A stretch of 64,000 nt of DNA from Patescibacteria group bacterium (GCA_028714495.1 JAQTMH010000004.1:232-64231), one strand, 5' to 3'. Shown: positions 19,599 through 30,334, counted from the stretch's first letter. The notes: a model not told the origin generated them from the sequence alone. Program-made: numbers and translations.

Positions 19599-20563
19599 CT
19601 GGAAGCCTCGACCGTAAAAAGGTCGAAGAAGATCTGAGGATCATAGCTTGAGGATTTTGTTTTTTCATCCAGCCAGAGGAGGCGGCGGTAGGTCTTTTTT
19701 AGTTTGGCAAACGAAAAATTCTTCACCTGATTGACGGCCTTCTGGGCGACGAAGGGGTGGAGTTTCAAGGCTTGGCCAACTTGATAAGGATTGCCCTGGT
19801 TTTCGAGGTAGTCTTTGACCTGGAGGAGGATCCGAAATTGACGGATCAGCATGGTCAGAAGATAGGGAATGGGGGTGCCGCTGGAAATTTGTTCATCTAG
19901 AAGCCTCAGGGCGGTGGCTTGATCCTGGCTTGACAGGGCGTCGGTCAGCTTAAAGATATCGGTATCGTATTTCGCCCTGACCAAGACTGAAACGTCAGCT
20001 TCGGTGATTATGCCGCCGTGTTTATAGCTGGCGAGTTTGTCGATTTCCGTGCTCATCCGCCAGAGATCTTCGCCAACTAAGCTAATAAGCAGGGCTAGAG
20101 CTTTTGGCTCAATCTTCGAATCCCGTTCAGCCACTTCGCGCTTGACCCACTGGCTGACCTTCAAACCTTTAAGCTGGGGATAGGCTTCGATCACAACGCC
20201 AGCGCTGGGTTTGAGTCCGAAGAGGGGCGTTGATTCTTTGCGGCCCCGGGACTTCTTTGCCCCGCCCTCCCAGAAGACGACGACGTTTTCTTCAGCCGGG
20301 AGCCCGCTGAGAGAATCGCGGATGATTTCGAGCAGCGGCTTATTTTTGTTTTCACTCAGGTTTTCAATCACCAGCATCCGCTTTTTCGACAAGAATCCCT
20401 GGGTGGCCACGGCTTTATTGAAGTCTTCAAGGGTCAGGGTTTTGCCATCAAGCTGGAGGATATTCAAACCCCGCGGGTCGTATTTCTGCTTAAAACCCTC
20501 TTTCAGTTTTTTTAATCTTTGTCGGGAGCGAAAGGTGTCTTCGCCGTGGAGTAGGATAATCAT
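19595..20563 (-). CDS. holA: DNA polymerase III delta subunit
   Basis: MIILLHGEDTFRSRQRL... Delta-subunit length and pattern. 4-nt convergent overlap with rpsT. Confidence 0.7.
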   Translation of the reverse strand: MIILLHGEDTFRSRQRLKKLKEGFKQKYDPRGLNILQLDGKTLTLEDFNKAVATQGFLSKKRMLVIENLSENKNKPLLEIIRDSLSGLPAEENVVVFWEGGAKKSRGRKESTPLFGLKPSAGVVIEAYPQLKGLKVSQWVKREVAERDSKIEPKALALLISLVGEDLWRMSTEIDKLASYKHGGIITEADVSVLVRAKYDTDIFKLTDALSSQDQATALRLLDEQISSGTPIPYLLTMLIRQFRILLQVKDYLENQGNPYQVGQALKLHPFVAQKAVNQVKNFSFAKLKKTYRRLLWLDEKTKSSSYDPQIFFDLFTVEASS

Positions 20564-20629
20564 CTGACTTGACAGAAAATATTTAGTATAATATGTTTAT
20601 TAGCTCTTTTTTGGCAAGAGGAGGTTCAT

Positions 20630-21031
20630 ATGAGCAGCCAGCCGACCCAGGTAACTCCATTTGCCCAGACTCTCGGCATTGACACGATCGGATCACTCGA
20701 TGAGGGCGCCAGAACGTATGTCGTTGAGCATACCCCTTCAGAGAAATCAGCCAACTTCTTTCGTACGGTCCATGGCGGGCTTCTCCAGGGGATTCTCGAT
20801 GATTCAGCGGGGATGCTTATCTTCCTTCTCCATGGCGTGAATTCGGCCATAACGGTATCGTCTCAGATACGATTCCTCCGGGCTACTCGGCTAGGCCAGC
20901 CCCTGAGGTTTATCGTTCGGATCGATGCCGAAGACGAGAAGAAGGTAAGGGTCACCGGAGAGGTGCGTGGCGCCACGTGTCAGATCGCGGAGTATTCAAG
21001 CGAATGGATCAGGCGAGCCCGTCGTGGATAA
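20630..21031 (+). CDS. PaaI/4HBT-type hot-dog thioesterase (GC-rich)
   Basis: HGG motif (RTVHGGLLQGILDDSAG), size about 130 aa. RBS gaGGAGGttcat ATG. Confidence 0.65.
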   Translation: MSSQPTQVTPFAQTLGIDTIGSLDEGARTYVVEHTPSEKSANFFRTVHGGLLQGILDDSAGMLIFLLHGVNSAITVSSQIRFLRATRLGQPLRFIVRIDAEDEKKVRVTGEVRGATCQIAEYSSEWIRRARRG

Positions 21032-21045
21032 CGCGGGCTTTTTTA
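21017..21045 (+). terminator. Intrinsic terminator (gcccg...cgggc + TTTTTT)
   Basis: Hairpin followed by a T-run after the thioesterase gene. Confidence 0.55.
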
Positions 21046-21143
21046 CTCCGAAAACAGGGTAAAAGATCGGCTTGACCTGGATAAAAATCCGTAGTAGGTT
21101 TGTCTTGGTACGCGGCTTCTAATGGTGAAAGGAGGGCGAGAGC

Positions 21144-21506
21144 ATGAATGAGGTGCGCGGTCCGGCGGTTCTTTTTCTGAATCCAGGAGCCAAGGTCGTA
21201 GATCCGGCGGGTGTAGCCAGGCTCGGCTTCACGGTAGTCCAGCCAGTGGTTACCGCTGATCTTGGTCCCTGCGCTCTGGAGGGCTGCGACGGTCTGATTC
21301 GGCAGGTGTCGATTCCAGTGCAGCGTCCCGGGTCAAAGCAACAGAGCTTGCATCATGTCAATGTCTGTACCCAGGGTTGTGGGACAAGAACAGCCAGAAG
21401 TAGTGGAGAGGGTCGGACGCAGTTCATTGCTGACCAAGTCGGCTGGTTGAAGAGAGGGGGAATGCTGGACGAGGATATCCGGCGAATTCATCCTGGAGCA
21501 CTGTGA
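21144..21506 (+). CDS. Hypothetical GC-rich protein (120 aa)
   Basis: Strong RBS gAAAGGAGGgcgagagc ATG. The lysine-poor, high-GC composition could also mean a spurious ORF. Confidence 0.35.
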   Translation: MNEVRGPAVLFLNPGAKVVDPAGVARLGFTVVQPVVTADLGPCALEGCDGLIRQVSIPVQRPGSKQQSLHHVNVCTQGCGTRTARSSGEGRTQFIADQVGWLKRGGMLDEDIRRIHPGAL

Positions 21507-21515
21507 GCTCAACAA

Positions 21516-21550
21516 GCCCGATGGTTTTTTCGAAAACCCCGGGCTTATTT
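21516..21550. terminator. Bidirectional hairpin terminator between the islet and polA
   Basis: gcccg-[ggtttttt cgaa aaaacc]-ccgggc with T/A runs on both sides. Confidence 0.45.
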
Positions 21551-24322
21551 TATTGGCTCAAGCTCGCCCCAATTTGGCCCAGCCTCAACCTCCACTTTAA
21601 TCGGAACCCGCAGTTTGTAAATACCCTCCAGCTTATCCTGAATGAAATGAGCGACTTTTTTAACCTCGGCTTTGGGTACTTCAAAAACCAGTTCATCGTG
21701 GACCTGAAGAACCATTTTAGTTTTTGGACTAGTCTTTGGCAGGGCCTGGTGGATTTCTATCATAGCCAGCTTCATCAGATCAGCGGCCGTACCCTGAACC
21801 GGCATATTAATAGCCATGCGCTCGGCCGATGCCCTGACCTGCTGCACGCCCGATTTGATTTCCGGCAGATAGCGGCGCCGACCAAAGAGCGTTTCAACAT
21901 AGCCGATCTTCCTGGCCAGCGCCTTTGTCTGCTCGACGTATTGCTTGATTCCTTCGTGATGGTCGAAATAGGCCTCGATGTAGTCGCTGGCCTCGCTGAC
22001 ATCCAGGCCAGTACCCCGCGCCAGGCCGTATGAACCCATGCCATAGAGAATCCCAAAATTAATCGCCTTGGCTGCCCGGCGCATGGCTTTGGTCACCTCG
22101 GTGATGTCGCAGCCGTTGATTTCAGCGGCGGTCCGGCTGTGAATATCCTCATTATGCAAAAAAGATTCGATCATGTTTTTATCATTGGCCAGCGAGGCGG
22201 CGATTCGAAGCTCGATCTGGGAGTAGTCAGCTGAAACGATCAGCGAACCGGCCGAAGCGATAAAGGCTTTGCGGACTTCGCGGCCAAGCTCGGTTCGGAC
22301 GGGAATATTTTGCAGGTTCGGGCTTGAGGAGGACAGCCGGCCGGTCGTAGTAATGGTTTGGTTGAAACTGGTATGGACTCGGCCAGTTTCCGGATTTATC
22401 AATTCAGGCAAGGCGTCGAGGTAGGTTGATTTAAGCTTGGAGAGTTCCCGATATTCAATAATTAAAGGCACGATGGGGTGGACGTCTTTCAGCTTTTCCA
22501 GTTCAGAGGCGGCCGTAGAATAGCCGGTTTTAGTCACGCCAATGCCCTCGGTATCGAGGTCGAGTTTATCGAAGAAGATTTTTTTTAATTGCAGGGGCGA
22601 GCTGATATTGAATTTCTCGCCGGCCAGACGATAGATTTTTTTCTCGAGCACCCCGATTTTCTTTGTTGTTTCGCGGGACATGGCGGCGAGGAATTTAGCG
22701 TCAATTAATACGCCCTCTTGCTCCATTTCCACCAGCACTTTGACCAGCGGCATCTCAATCTTTTCGAGCAGGCCGGTCTGATAAGCGGCTTCGAGGCGCT
22801 GGCGGAAGGGTTTGATCAGTCTGTTGGTGTAGTCAGCGTCTTCGCAGGAGTACTCGGCTACCTCAGCCACGGGTATGCGGTCGAGGGTTACTTGGTCTTT
22901 GCCCTTTTTGCCGATCAGTTGTTCAATCGGAATCATCTCGTGGCCAAGCTCGGTGAAAACGAGCGTATCCAGATTGTGCTGGCGGTTGGCCGGATTCAGG
23001 AGATAAGAGGCGATCATCGTGTCAAAGCTCGCGGGTTCGACATCCAGGCCGGCCTTTTTCAAAACCTCAATGTCATATTTCAGATTATGGCCGTATTTTT
23101 TTATAGCGGGGTTTTCCAGAATCGACTTTAGAGCAGCCAAGGCCTTATCCTTAAAATCGGCGTTAGTATTAAGATCGAGATAAAAGGCGAGGCCGGCTTT
23201 CCAGCTGAAGCTAATGCCTATAATTTCGCCGGTGAACGGATCAAGGCTGGTTGTTTCAGTGTCGATAACCAGCCCGTCTTGAGATTTAGCCTGGGTGAGG
23301 AAGTCCTTCAGTTCAGGCTCGGATTGAATCAGATGATAGCCGGGTGTGTGTTTTTTCTGTTTTTCAATAGAGGGGCTTTTCCCAAAGGCCAGGCTGGTCT
23401 GGGTTTCAGTTTCAGGGAGTTTGGGCAGGAGGCTTTTGAATTCCAGCTCCCGAAAAAGAGCCACGGCCGTATCCCGGTCGTAATTTTTCACCAAACACTG
23501 TTTGAGATCGAATTCCAGAGGAACCGTTTTTACAATCGTGGCCAGCCGCTTGCTCAGCTTAGCCTCTGATTCGTGTTTTTTGAGGAGTTCAGCCACCCGA
23601 GGCCGAAATTTTTGAAACCTCCGGTCGTCCTTTTTCAAGGCCTGGTAAATATTCTCCACTGATTCGAATTCCTGGAGCAATTTAATGGCTGTTTGTTCGC
23701 CGATGCCCTTGACGCCGGGGATATTGTCAGAAGCGTCGCCAGCCAAACCCTTTAGGTCGATAATTTGTATGGGTTCGAGGCCGTATTTCTCTTTCACCAG
23801 CCTTTGGTCATAGGTAATGGTGTCGGAAAAACCCTTGCGCAAGGTGTAAACTTTCGTATTGCCGTCAATGAGTTGGAGAGTGTCGAGGTCGCCGGTGACC
23901 ACAATTGTTTCAAAGTCGGGTTTATTAATCTCTTTTCTTTCGGTCAAAGTGCCGATCAAATCATCGGCCTCAAAGCCCTCGTTTTCATAAATAGGAATAT
24001 TCAAGGCCTGGGCGACTTTCTTGGCCAGAGGTATCTGGTCATAGAGCTCCTGGGGTTGTTTGACGCGGGTGGCTTTGTATTCGGCGTATTCAGTGTGACG
24101 AAAAGTTTTTTTGCCAACGTCGAAAGTAACAGCCAGATGGGTCGGCTTTAAATCCTTGATCACTTTCAGCAATATTGAGGTAAAACCATAGACGGCATTG
24201 ACCAGCTGGCCGGATTTGGTGGTGAGCGGCGGCAGGGCGTGAAAGGCGCGGTGAATCAGGGCGTTGCCGTCGATTATAATAAAACGTTGTTTTCTCGAAG
24301 CCATAGTAGCTTCATTGTACAC
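21545..24322 (-). CDS. polA: DNA polymerase I (5'-3' exonuclease, 3'-5' exonuclease and polymerase domains)
   Basis: RFIIIDGNALIHRAFHA...(5' nuclease)...polymerase motifs ...RRAAKAINFGILYG...VHDELVFEV. The start may instead be the second ATG (MASRKQ, 24304). Confidence 0.9.
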   Translation of the reverse strand: MYNEATMASRKQRFIIIDGNALIHRAFHALPPLTTKSGQLVNAVYGFTSILLKVIKDLKPTHLAVTFDVGKKTFRHTEYAEYKATRVKQPQELYDQIPLAKKVAQALNIPIYENEGFEADDLIGTLTERKEINKPDFETIVVTGDLDTLQLIDGNTKVYTLRKGFSDTITYDQRLVKEKYGLEPIQIIDLKGLAGDASDNIPGVKGIGEQTAIKLLQEFESVENIYQALKKDDRRFQKFRPRVAELLKKHESEAKLSKRLATIVKTVPLEFDLKQCLVKNYDRDTAVALFRELEFKSLLPKLPETETQTSLAFGKSPSIEKQKKHTPGYHLIQSEPELKDFLTQAKSQDGLVIDTETTSLDPFTGEIIGISFSWKAGLAFYLDLNTNADFKDKALAALKSILENPAIKKYGHNLKYDIEVLKKAGLDVEPASFDTMIASYLLNPANRQHNLDTLVFTELGHEMIPIEQLIGKKGKDQVTLDRIPVAEVAEYSCEDADYTNRLIKPFRQRLEAAYQTGLLEKIEMPLVKVLVEMEQEGVLIDAKFLAAMSRETTKKIGVLEKKIYRLAGEKFNISSPLQLKKIFFDKLDLDTEGIGVTKTGYSTAASELEKLKDVHPIVPLIIEYRELSKLKSTYLDALPELINPETGRVHTSFNQTITTTGRLSSSSPNLQNIPVRTELGREVRKAFIASAGSLIVSADYSQIELRIAASLANDKNMIESFLHNEDIHSRTAAEINGCDITEVTKAMRRAAKAINFGILYGMGSYGLARGTGLDVSEASDYIEAYFDHHEGIKQYVEQTKALARKIGYVETLFGRRRYLPEIKSGVQQVRASAERMAINMPVQGTAADLMKLAMIEIHQALPKTSPKTKMVLQVHDELVFEVPKAEVKKVAHFIQDKLEGIYKLRVPIKVEVEAGPNWGELEPIK

Positions 24323-24417
24323 CAGGTAAGTGGTAAATGAAAATTAGTTTTTATTAAAAAACGGCGATTACTCGCACGCCGAATTTAAGCTGATGACTAA
24401 TAAAAATAGCCAGGGGA

Positions 24418-27045
24418 TTATTCCCAGCCGTATCGCCTGATAAACCATTTTTTAACAAGCTGGGCCAAACAGAAATACAAGAACAAGAATCCCAGCATAT
24501 AGAGCCAATATGTCGGTGGCAACGGTTTAAAGCCAAGCGCCCCGGCCAACGGAGAGAACGGCAGCCAAGCGCCGAAACCGACAACCAAAAACGAGGTTAG
24601 GGTTAAAGGCAAGCTGGCCCGGCTCTGAAAGAATGGAATTTTGCGCGTTCTGATGACATGAATGATCAATGTCTGGGTCATTAGCGATTCGACAAACCAA
24701 CCCGTGTGAAAAAGGGCCGGGTCGCTCCAGGCGTGGAACACATACAGCATCAAGAAATAAGTTGCGTAATCAAAAAGGGAGCTGACCGGGCCAAGCCAGA
24801 GGATGAACTTTTTAATAAGGCTAATTTTCCATTGGCGCGGCTGGATTAGATATTCCTCGTCTACCCCGTCAGTCGGAATAGTGACTTGAGACATGTCATA
24901 CAATAGGTTGTTGGTAATGACCTGAAGAGGCAGCATGGGCAGAAAGGGCAGGAAAATGCTGCCGCCGACGACACTGAACATGTTGCCAAAATTTGAGCTG
25001 GCCGTCATTTTAATATATTTTATTATATTGCCAAAAATCTTTCGGCCCTCGCGCACCCCATCTTTCAGCACCATCAGGCTTTTTTCGAGCAGGATGATGT
25101 CGGACGATTCTTGGGCGATATCCACGGCGCTGTCAACCGAAATGCCCACGTCAGCGGCTTTCAAAGCCGGCGCGTCATTGATGCCGTCACCCAAATAGCC
25201 AACCGCGTGACCGCGACTCTGCAAGGCGTGGATGATTCGTTCTTTTTGCATTGGTTCGAGCTTATCAAATACGGTGGCTTCTTCAGCCGCGATTGCTAAT
25301 TCCGCGTCATCCATTTTTTCCACTTCCGTGCCGAGCAAGATTCGCTTGATCGGCAAACCGACTTCAGTGCAGATTTTTCGAGTGACCAGCTCATTGTCTC
25401 CAGTCAAAACCTTGATGCGCACGCCATGGCGTTCAAGTTCCTTAATCGCGGTCGCCGCGGTTTCCTTCGGCGGATCTAGAAAGGCCAAAAAGCCCACCAG
25501 AATTAAATCTTTTTCATCGGCGACATCATAGACTTGTTTTGTTAAAGGCATTTTACGATAGGACAGAGCGATCATCCGGAACCCCTCAGCACTCAATTGA
25601 TTTACCAGCTCATTTTTACTGACGTGATGATGTTTCTCAAGTTTTTTTATCTGGCCATTAACTTCAACCCAGCGGGAACGAGCCAGGACCTCTTCGACCG
25701 CGCCCTTGCAGATGAGCAAGTGCTCCCCGGCGCCGATTTCCACCACCACTGACATGCGCCGGCGAACGAAGTCAAAAGGAATTTCATCAATTTTTTTGTA
25801 CTCGCGAACCAGGGCGGAGGTTTCCTCCGTGTCATGCCGAAGGATCGCGTCATCCATGAGATTTTTTAAACCAGTTTGGTAATGACTGTTTAAATAGGCG
25901 TAATTCAGAATTTTTACGTTTTCTTTGCCTGAAATATCGAGGTGCTTGATTAGGACGACGTGACCTTGAGTAAGCGTGCCGGTTTTATCCGTACAGAGGA
26001 TGTCCATGGCGCCGAAGTTCTGGATGGCATTCAATCTTTTTACGATGACTTTCTTCCGCGACATGTCCAGCGCGCCTTTTGACAGATTGACCGTCACGAT
26101 CATGGGTAAAAGTTCGGGTGTTAATCCCACGGCCACGGCCAGGGCAAAAAGAAAAGCCTCCAGCCAATTGCCCTTGCTGAAGCCGTTAATTACGAATACC
26201 AGAGGCACCATGATAGCGATGAAGCGGATCATCAGCCAGGTAAATCGGCCAACTCCTCGGTCGAAGCTGGTTGTTTGACGATCGACGGCGATAGTCTTGG
26301 CCAGAGAACCAAAACAGGTCTGGCTGCCCGTGGTAACAACTATGGCCGTGGCTGATCCGCTTTCCACGTTTGTTCCCATGAAGCAGAGGTTTTGAAATCC
26401 GAATACGCTCCCCGAGGTGTCGGTCAATGGCGGAGCATGTTTTTCCGCCGGCAGCGACTCTCCGGTTAAGGTCGCCTGATTAACAAAGAGATCCTTGGAC
26501 TCAATCAGGCGTAAGTCGGCCGGTACCATATCGCCGGCCGAAAGTTCGATAATATCACCAGGGACAATTTCATCCAGCGGTAAATCATACCGATGGCCAG
26601 CTCGCCTCACGGCCGTTGTGGTATGTACCATCGCCTTAAGCTTCTTAGCCGCTTTGTCGGCTCGCATTTCCTGAACAAAACGCAGAAGCACGCTTAGAAT
26701 CAACATTGCGCCAATTATTATGGCGGCTTTTATCTCCCCGGTAAAATACGAAATCAATCCCAGCGCCAGAAGCAGCAGACTTAAGGGATCCCTAAAATTG
26801 GTCAGAAATTTTTTAAACCAGCTTTTTGATTGTTGCGAGGCAATAGTGTTGGGTCCGTTGCTGGCGAGCCGGCTTGCGGCTTCGTCATTTGTAATACCGT
26901 CGGGCGACGACTGCAAACTTTTCAAAGTCTTGATAATTTCTTCGCTGGCGGCAATGCGAAGACGCTCCGATTTTATTTGGTCGGGGCGTGAACTTTTCGG
27001 TTGTGGCGGAATAGGTTTTATTTTTGTATTAGATGAGTCGTTCAT
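24418..27045 (-). CDS. mgtA: Mg2+-importing P-type ATPase (MgtA-type)
   Basis: CTDKTGTLT phosphorylation site. DGINDAPALKAADVGISV. MgtA-like TPELLPMIVTVNLSKGA. Start set at MNDSSN (27045), downstream of a hairpin at 27062-27090. Confidence 0.8.
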   Translation of the reverse strand: MNDSSNTKIKPIPPQPKSSRPDQIKSERLRIAASEEIIKTLKSLQSSPDGITNDEAASRLASNGPNTIASQQSKSWFKKFLTNFRDPLSLLLLALGLISYFTGEIKAAIIIGAMLILSVLLRFVQEMRADKAAKKLKAMVHTTTAVRRAGHRYDLPLDEIVPGDIIELSAGDMVPADLRLIESKDLFVNQATLTGESLPAEKHAPPLTDTSGSVFGFQNLCFMGTNVESGSATAIVVTTGSQTCFGSLAKTIAVDRQTTSFDRGVGRFTWLMIRFIAIMVPLVFVINGFSKGNWLEAFLFALAVAVGLTPELLPMIVTVNLSKGALDMSRKKVIVKRLNAIQNFGAMDILCTDKTGTLTQGHVVLIKHLDISGKENVKILNYAYLNSHYQTGLKNLMDDAILRHDTEETSALVREYKKIDEIPFDFVRRRMSVVVEIGAGEHLLICKGAVEEVLARSRWVEVNGQIKKLEKHHHVSKNELVNQLSAEGFRMIALSYRKMPLTKQVYDVADEKDLILVGFLAFLDPPKETAATAIKELERHGVRIKVLTGDNELVTRKICTEVGLPIKRILLGTEVEKMDDAELAIAAEEATVFDKLEPMQKERIIHALQSRGHAVGYLGDGINDAPALKAADVGISVDSAVDIAQESSDIILLEKSLMVLKDGVREGRKIFGNIIKYIKMTASSNFGNMFSVVGGSIFLPFLPMLPLQVITNNLLYDMSQVTIPTDGVDEEYLIQPRQWKISLIKKFILWLGPVSSLFDYATYFLMLYVFHAWSDPALFHTGWFVESLMTQTLIIHVIRTRKIPFFQSRASLPLTLTSFLVVGFGAWLPFSPLAGALGFKPLPPTYWLYMLGFLFLYFCLAQLVKKWFIRRYGWE

Positions 27046-27201
27046 ATTGAGTATTACGCAAGGCAAAAAAGAAAAACAGTAGTTCAATACTGTTTTTCGA
27101 TTGGCAGATGTATCTCCATAATTAATGGCAATCTTGGTAATCGGCCAAACCGGCTGTTAATTAGCCGGTTTTGAATTTTTAGTTTTGTAGTAAATGAAAG
27201 T

Positions 27202-27462
27202 TTACAGCGACGGCGAGGTATTTGTCGGGTTTGCCGAGTTAGTGTTTGTCTGGGCGTTTACATTCTGGGTGGTTTCTCTCGGTCTTATGACCACAGAAAA
27301 CGTGACTTCATCATTCTGGTAGATGTAGTAAAAATAGAAAACCCAGGCGAAGACCAGGGCTACCGTGAGAACGATTAAAATGCCCAGGCGCGAATCAAGC
27401 TTCCTTTTCCCGTTTTCGGGCTTGGCTGGCACCGGGTTTTGAACTGGCTTTTGCTCGTCCAT
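27202..27462 (-). CDS. Small membrane protein (86 aa), hypothetical
   Basis: Single TM helix ILIVLTVALVFAWVFYFYYIY. Hairpin terminator directly downstream. Confidence 0.4.
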   Translation of the reverse strand: MDEQKPVQNPVPAKPENGKRKLDSRLGILIVLTVALVFAWVFYFYYIYQNDEVTFSVVIRPRETTQNVNAQTNTNSANPTNTSPSL

Positions 27463-27640
27463 GATTTTTAAAATGGTTAATAATTTGCTTCCTGCTACAA
27501 TTATAGCATATTTTTATTACTTTGTACAGGACAACAATATATAATTCAGAATTAAGAAGGAAGAATGTCGGTTGTCCCGTTGCGGGACTTCAATCATATG
27601 GCGGGATGGTCGGGTCGGGTTTTTTAAAAGCCACGCGCCA

Positions 27641-30334
27641 CTAAAGTGGCTGGGAAGAGGACTTAGCCTTTTTATTTTTCAGATAATAGATTCCACCCGC
27701 AATAATAAGTCCACCCAGCGCTGAAAATAGATAGATTAATGTTTTTCGGCGGCTATTATCTCCTGTCAAAGCGATACTTTTTTCGGGTGTTTCTAATGGT
27801 ACTGTTTCCGTGCTTTCACCCAATACTTCTGCCTTGGTTAAATCTTCACTTGAACGCGGGAGTATCCGGTAGTCAGTCTTTAATTGGCTGACAATTCCGG
27901 TAACTGTAAGCAGATCGCCTTCAGTGTAGTCAGCCAATTTTAGGCCGGTGGCTTTTTTCAGCGAAACGGTTATTTCTGTTCCGCCGGAATCCAAGACGAT
28001 GGTCTGGGTTTTTTTCGAGAGAACCGCGCCCTCGATTCTGACCAGCCGACCCTCCAAATCTTCAGTTAGCTCTTGGCCGGTAATATCCAGCGGCTCTGGC
28101 ATTGAGGAATCACCCATTACTTTGATATCGCGCAGGTTGATCTTTCTCTCACTCTGACTTTCACCCAGCGCGCCAATCACTTCGATTTCGTTTCCGAGTT
28201 TGAGCTCGGGAAATTCGCCTTTTGACGAGTAAATCTGGATACCGGCCTCAGCCGTGCTGATATAGAAGAGCAGCTTGCCCAGGATGCCGGGCAGGACCGT
28301 AACCACTCCGCGGGTTTTGACCAGGTCGCGATTTGCCAACCCTCGGACCTGGCTCAAATCAACCTCGCGAGCTTCCTTGGCAGTCTGATTGGGGTCGGTC
28401 TGGTCTTCGTTTTCGACAAGCTCGATGACATTTTCTTGTTCTGGCGTCACATTAGTTGACCAGGCCCAATTATTGCTTTGATCCCGGCGCGACCAAGACA
28501 GGCCGGCTTCGGCTTTTTGGTATTTTACGCCGCTGACGATCTTCTTATTCGGGTCAATAAGGAATACTTGGTCAGAGGAGTTGTTCAGGGCGATTTTCGT
28601 TTCCGGCCGCAGAAAAACAAGATAGTCGCCGGCTCCAAGAGTAACTGAGTCGCCAAACTTGAAATAGGTTTTAGTATCAGTCAGCTGCCAGCCGCTAAGG
28701 TTGATGTCTTTGTCGTCGAAATTAGCCAGCTCGATGAATTCTTCTTCAGCCTCGACTCCTTCAGGATTCGGCAGGAGCTCGGTAATCAGAACGCGCGTCG
28801 AAAAATCAAAGGCTGGATTTTGGCCAATCTTCGTTTCCTCGGGCAAAGAGGTTTTTTCTTTCTTTGGATCTTTTTCGCCCTCTTTCGGTTTGTCCGGTTC
28901 TTTTATCGTGATGACGTTTTCCTGGCCAGGAGTCAGGGTGGCACTCCAGACCCAGCCGCTTGGGGCGCGGTTATACGATTCTCCCTCGGGCACCGGCGGC
29001 TGGTAGCTGATTTCTTCGAGAACTTCATTGTCCGGATGTTTCAGCCTAACCGTTTCCGGAGCGCTATTGTTGAGAGCAATGCCGGTAATATTCCGGTTAA
29101 GCAGGAAGTAGCCGCGCGCTTCGATGGTCGTGGTCGGGAAATCCTGCGGGTCGATTTGATATTCCCGGCTTGAATCACCGATTAGCCAGCCTCGTAAATC
29201 CACGTCGGTGGCGCCGGTATTTTCCAATTCAATGAATTCGTGTTCAGTATCTGACCCTTCCGGATTTGGCAGAAGTTCGTTTATTCGAACGTCGTGTGAG
29301 TAGATGACGGGAGTATTTTCCGGTTCCGGTTCAGTGATCGGCGCTGGTTCGTCTTCGACGGCTACAGTTAAAGTATCGGTACTACTTTTGTTCCCATCGC
29401 TGACCAAGAGCGTGACTGTGAATTCGCCGGTTTGAGCATAGGCATGGGTGGGAGTAATGCCGTCAGCTTCAACGTCATCTCCAAAAGCCCAATGGTAGGA
29501 TAGCGGGTCAGCATCTGGATCAGTGGAGTCAGAGCCGTCAAAGTAGACTGTTTCATTTGTCTTGACTGTTTGATTATCACCAGCTTCAGCGATGGGCGGA
29601 TAGTTTGGATCGGTATTCGGCCAGCGCGGTGTGCCGAATTCAATTGCGCCCAGATCAAAATTGTAGGAAATTTCCGCAGTGTGCCAGCTGGTTTCCAGAG
29701 TACCATCGGCCCAGTCCCAGTTCCGCTCCATTGATTTCCAGGTCGTGCCTGAGGCATACTCGCCAGCCAACGGTTGACCCGAACCATCATCAGCTGTGTC
29801 GATCAAGGTCTGATTGGCCGAGTAAAGTTTAATCTGCAGGCTTGTATTTACCAGCGAGATTGCGGTATCGACTAGGTCGGGCGGAATGTTTAGAACCGAG
29901 CTGGCTGATTCGTCGGAAAAATTGCTGATTAGAAAGAAACCGTTTGCCTCAAGCGCACTGCCGGCTGGTAGGGTGAGCATAAGAACTTCAGCTCCAGCCG
30001 ATTTTTTTGTCAGATACCAGTTGGATAGATCAATTGGCTGGTCAGTCAAATTCTTCAGTTCCAGCCACTCGTCCGAACTTGAGGCGGATGAGCCCATCCA
30101 CATCAGCTCGTTAATGACGACTTGAGGGGGATTTTCCGATTGGACCAGCTTCGGACAAATAAAAAACCCTCTCGTCAAAAAGAGGATAGAAGCGATGATT
30201 TGCCCTGCCAGAATTAGCTTTTTCACGATCCGTTTCCTTGCTGGCAAATCCCACCCGCCGGATAATACGAGTGTATCAAACCCTTTATTTTTGTCAAGAA
30301 AAAACCCCGGCTGGAGCCGAGGCATGGGGAACAA
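27641..30334 (-). CDS. Large cell-surface protein with three lamin-tail-domain (LTD) repeats, a PKD-like domain and a C-terminal TM anchor
   Basis: Three INEL(L)PNPEG...EFIEL.N...DLSGW.L.D units. PKD-like YFDGSDSTDPDADPLSYHWAFGD. C-terminus LIYLFSALGGLIIAGGIYYLKNKK. Confidence 0.7.
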   Translation of the reverse strand: MFPMPRLQPGFFLDKNKGFDTLVLSGGWDLPARKRIVKKLILAGQIIASILFLTRGFFICPKLVQSENPPQVVINELMWMGSSASSSDEWLELKNLTDQPIDLSNWYLTKKSAGAEVLMLTLPAGSALEANGFFLISNFSDESASSVLNIPPDLVDTAISLVNTSLQIKLYSANQTLIDTADDGSGQPLAGEYASGTTWKSMERNWDWADGTLETSWHTAEISYNFDLGAIEFGTPRWPNTDPNYPPIAEAGDNQTVKTNETVYFDGSDSTDPDADPLSYHWAFGDDVEADGITPTHAYAQTGEFTVTLLVSDGNKSSTDTLTVAVEDEPAPITEPEPENTPVIYSHDVRINELLPNPEGSDTEHEFIELENTGATDVDLRGWLIGDSSREYQIDPQDFPTTTIEARGYFLLNRNITGIALNNSAPETVRLKHPDNEVLEEISYQPPVPEGESYNRAPSGWVWSATLTPGQENVITIKEPDKPKEGEKDPKKEKTSLPEETKIGQNPAFDFSTRVLITELLPNPEGVEAEEEFIELANFDDKDINLSGWQLTDTKTYFKFGDSVTLGAGDYLVFLRPETKIALNNSSDQVFLIDPNKKIVSGVKYQKAEAGLSWSRRDQSNNWAWSTNVTPEQENVIELVENEDQTDPNQTAKEAREVDLSQVRGLANRDLVKTRGVVTVLPGILGKLLFYISTAEAGIQIYSSKGEFPELKLGNEIEVIGALGESQSERKINLRDIKVMGDSSMPEPLDITGQELTEDLEGRLVRIEGAVLSKKTQTIVLDSGGTEITVSLKKATGLKLADYTEGDLLTVTGIVSQLKTDYRILPRSSEDLTKAEVLGESTETVPLETPEKSIALTGDNSRRKTLIYLFSALGGLIIAGGIYYLKNKKAKSSSQPL

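Noticed and set aside
21333-21515. Antisense ORF (60 aa) and other short overlapping track ORFs
   Set aside because: Examples are 97-324, 427-627, 4418-4819, 22718-23131 and 54058-54414. Each is embedded in or antisense to a well-supported longer gene, lacks an RBS and has biased composition. They are treated as non-coding.
27062-27201. Mg2+-sensing riboswitch (M-box) in the mgtA leader
   Set aside because: The 140-nt leader contains only two simple hairpins (terminators for the upstream gene) and is far too short for the ~160-nt M-box multi-helix aptamer.
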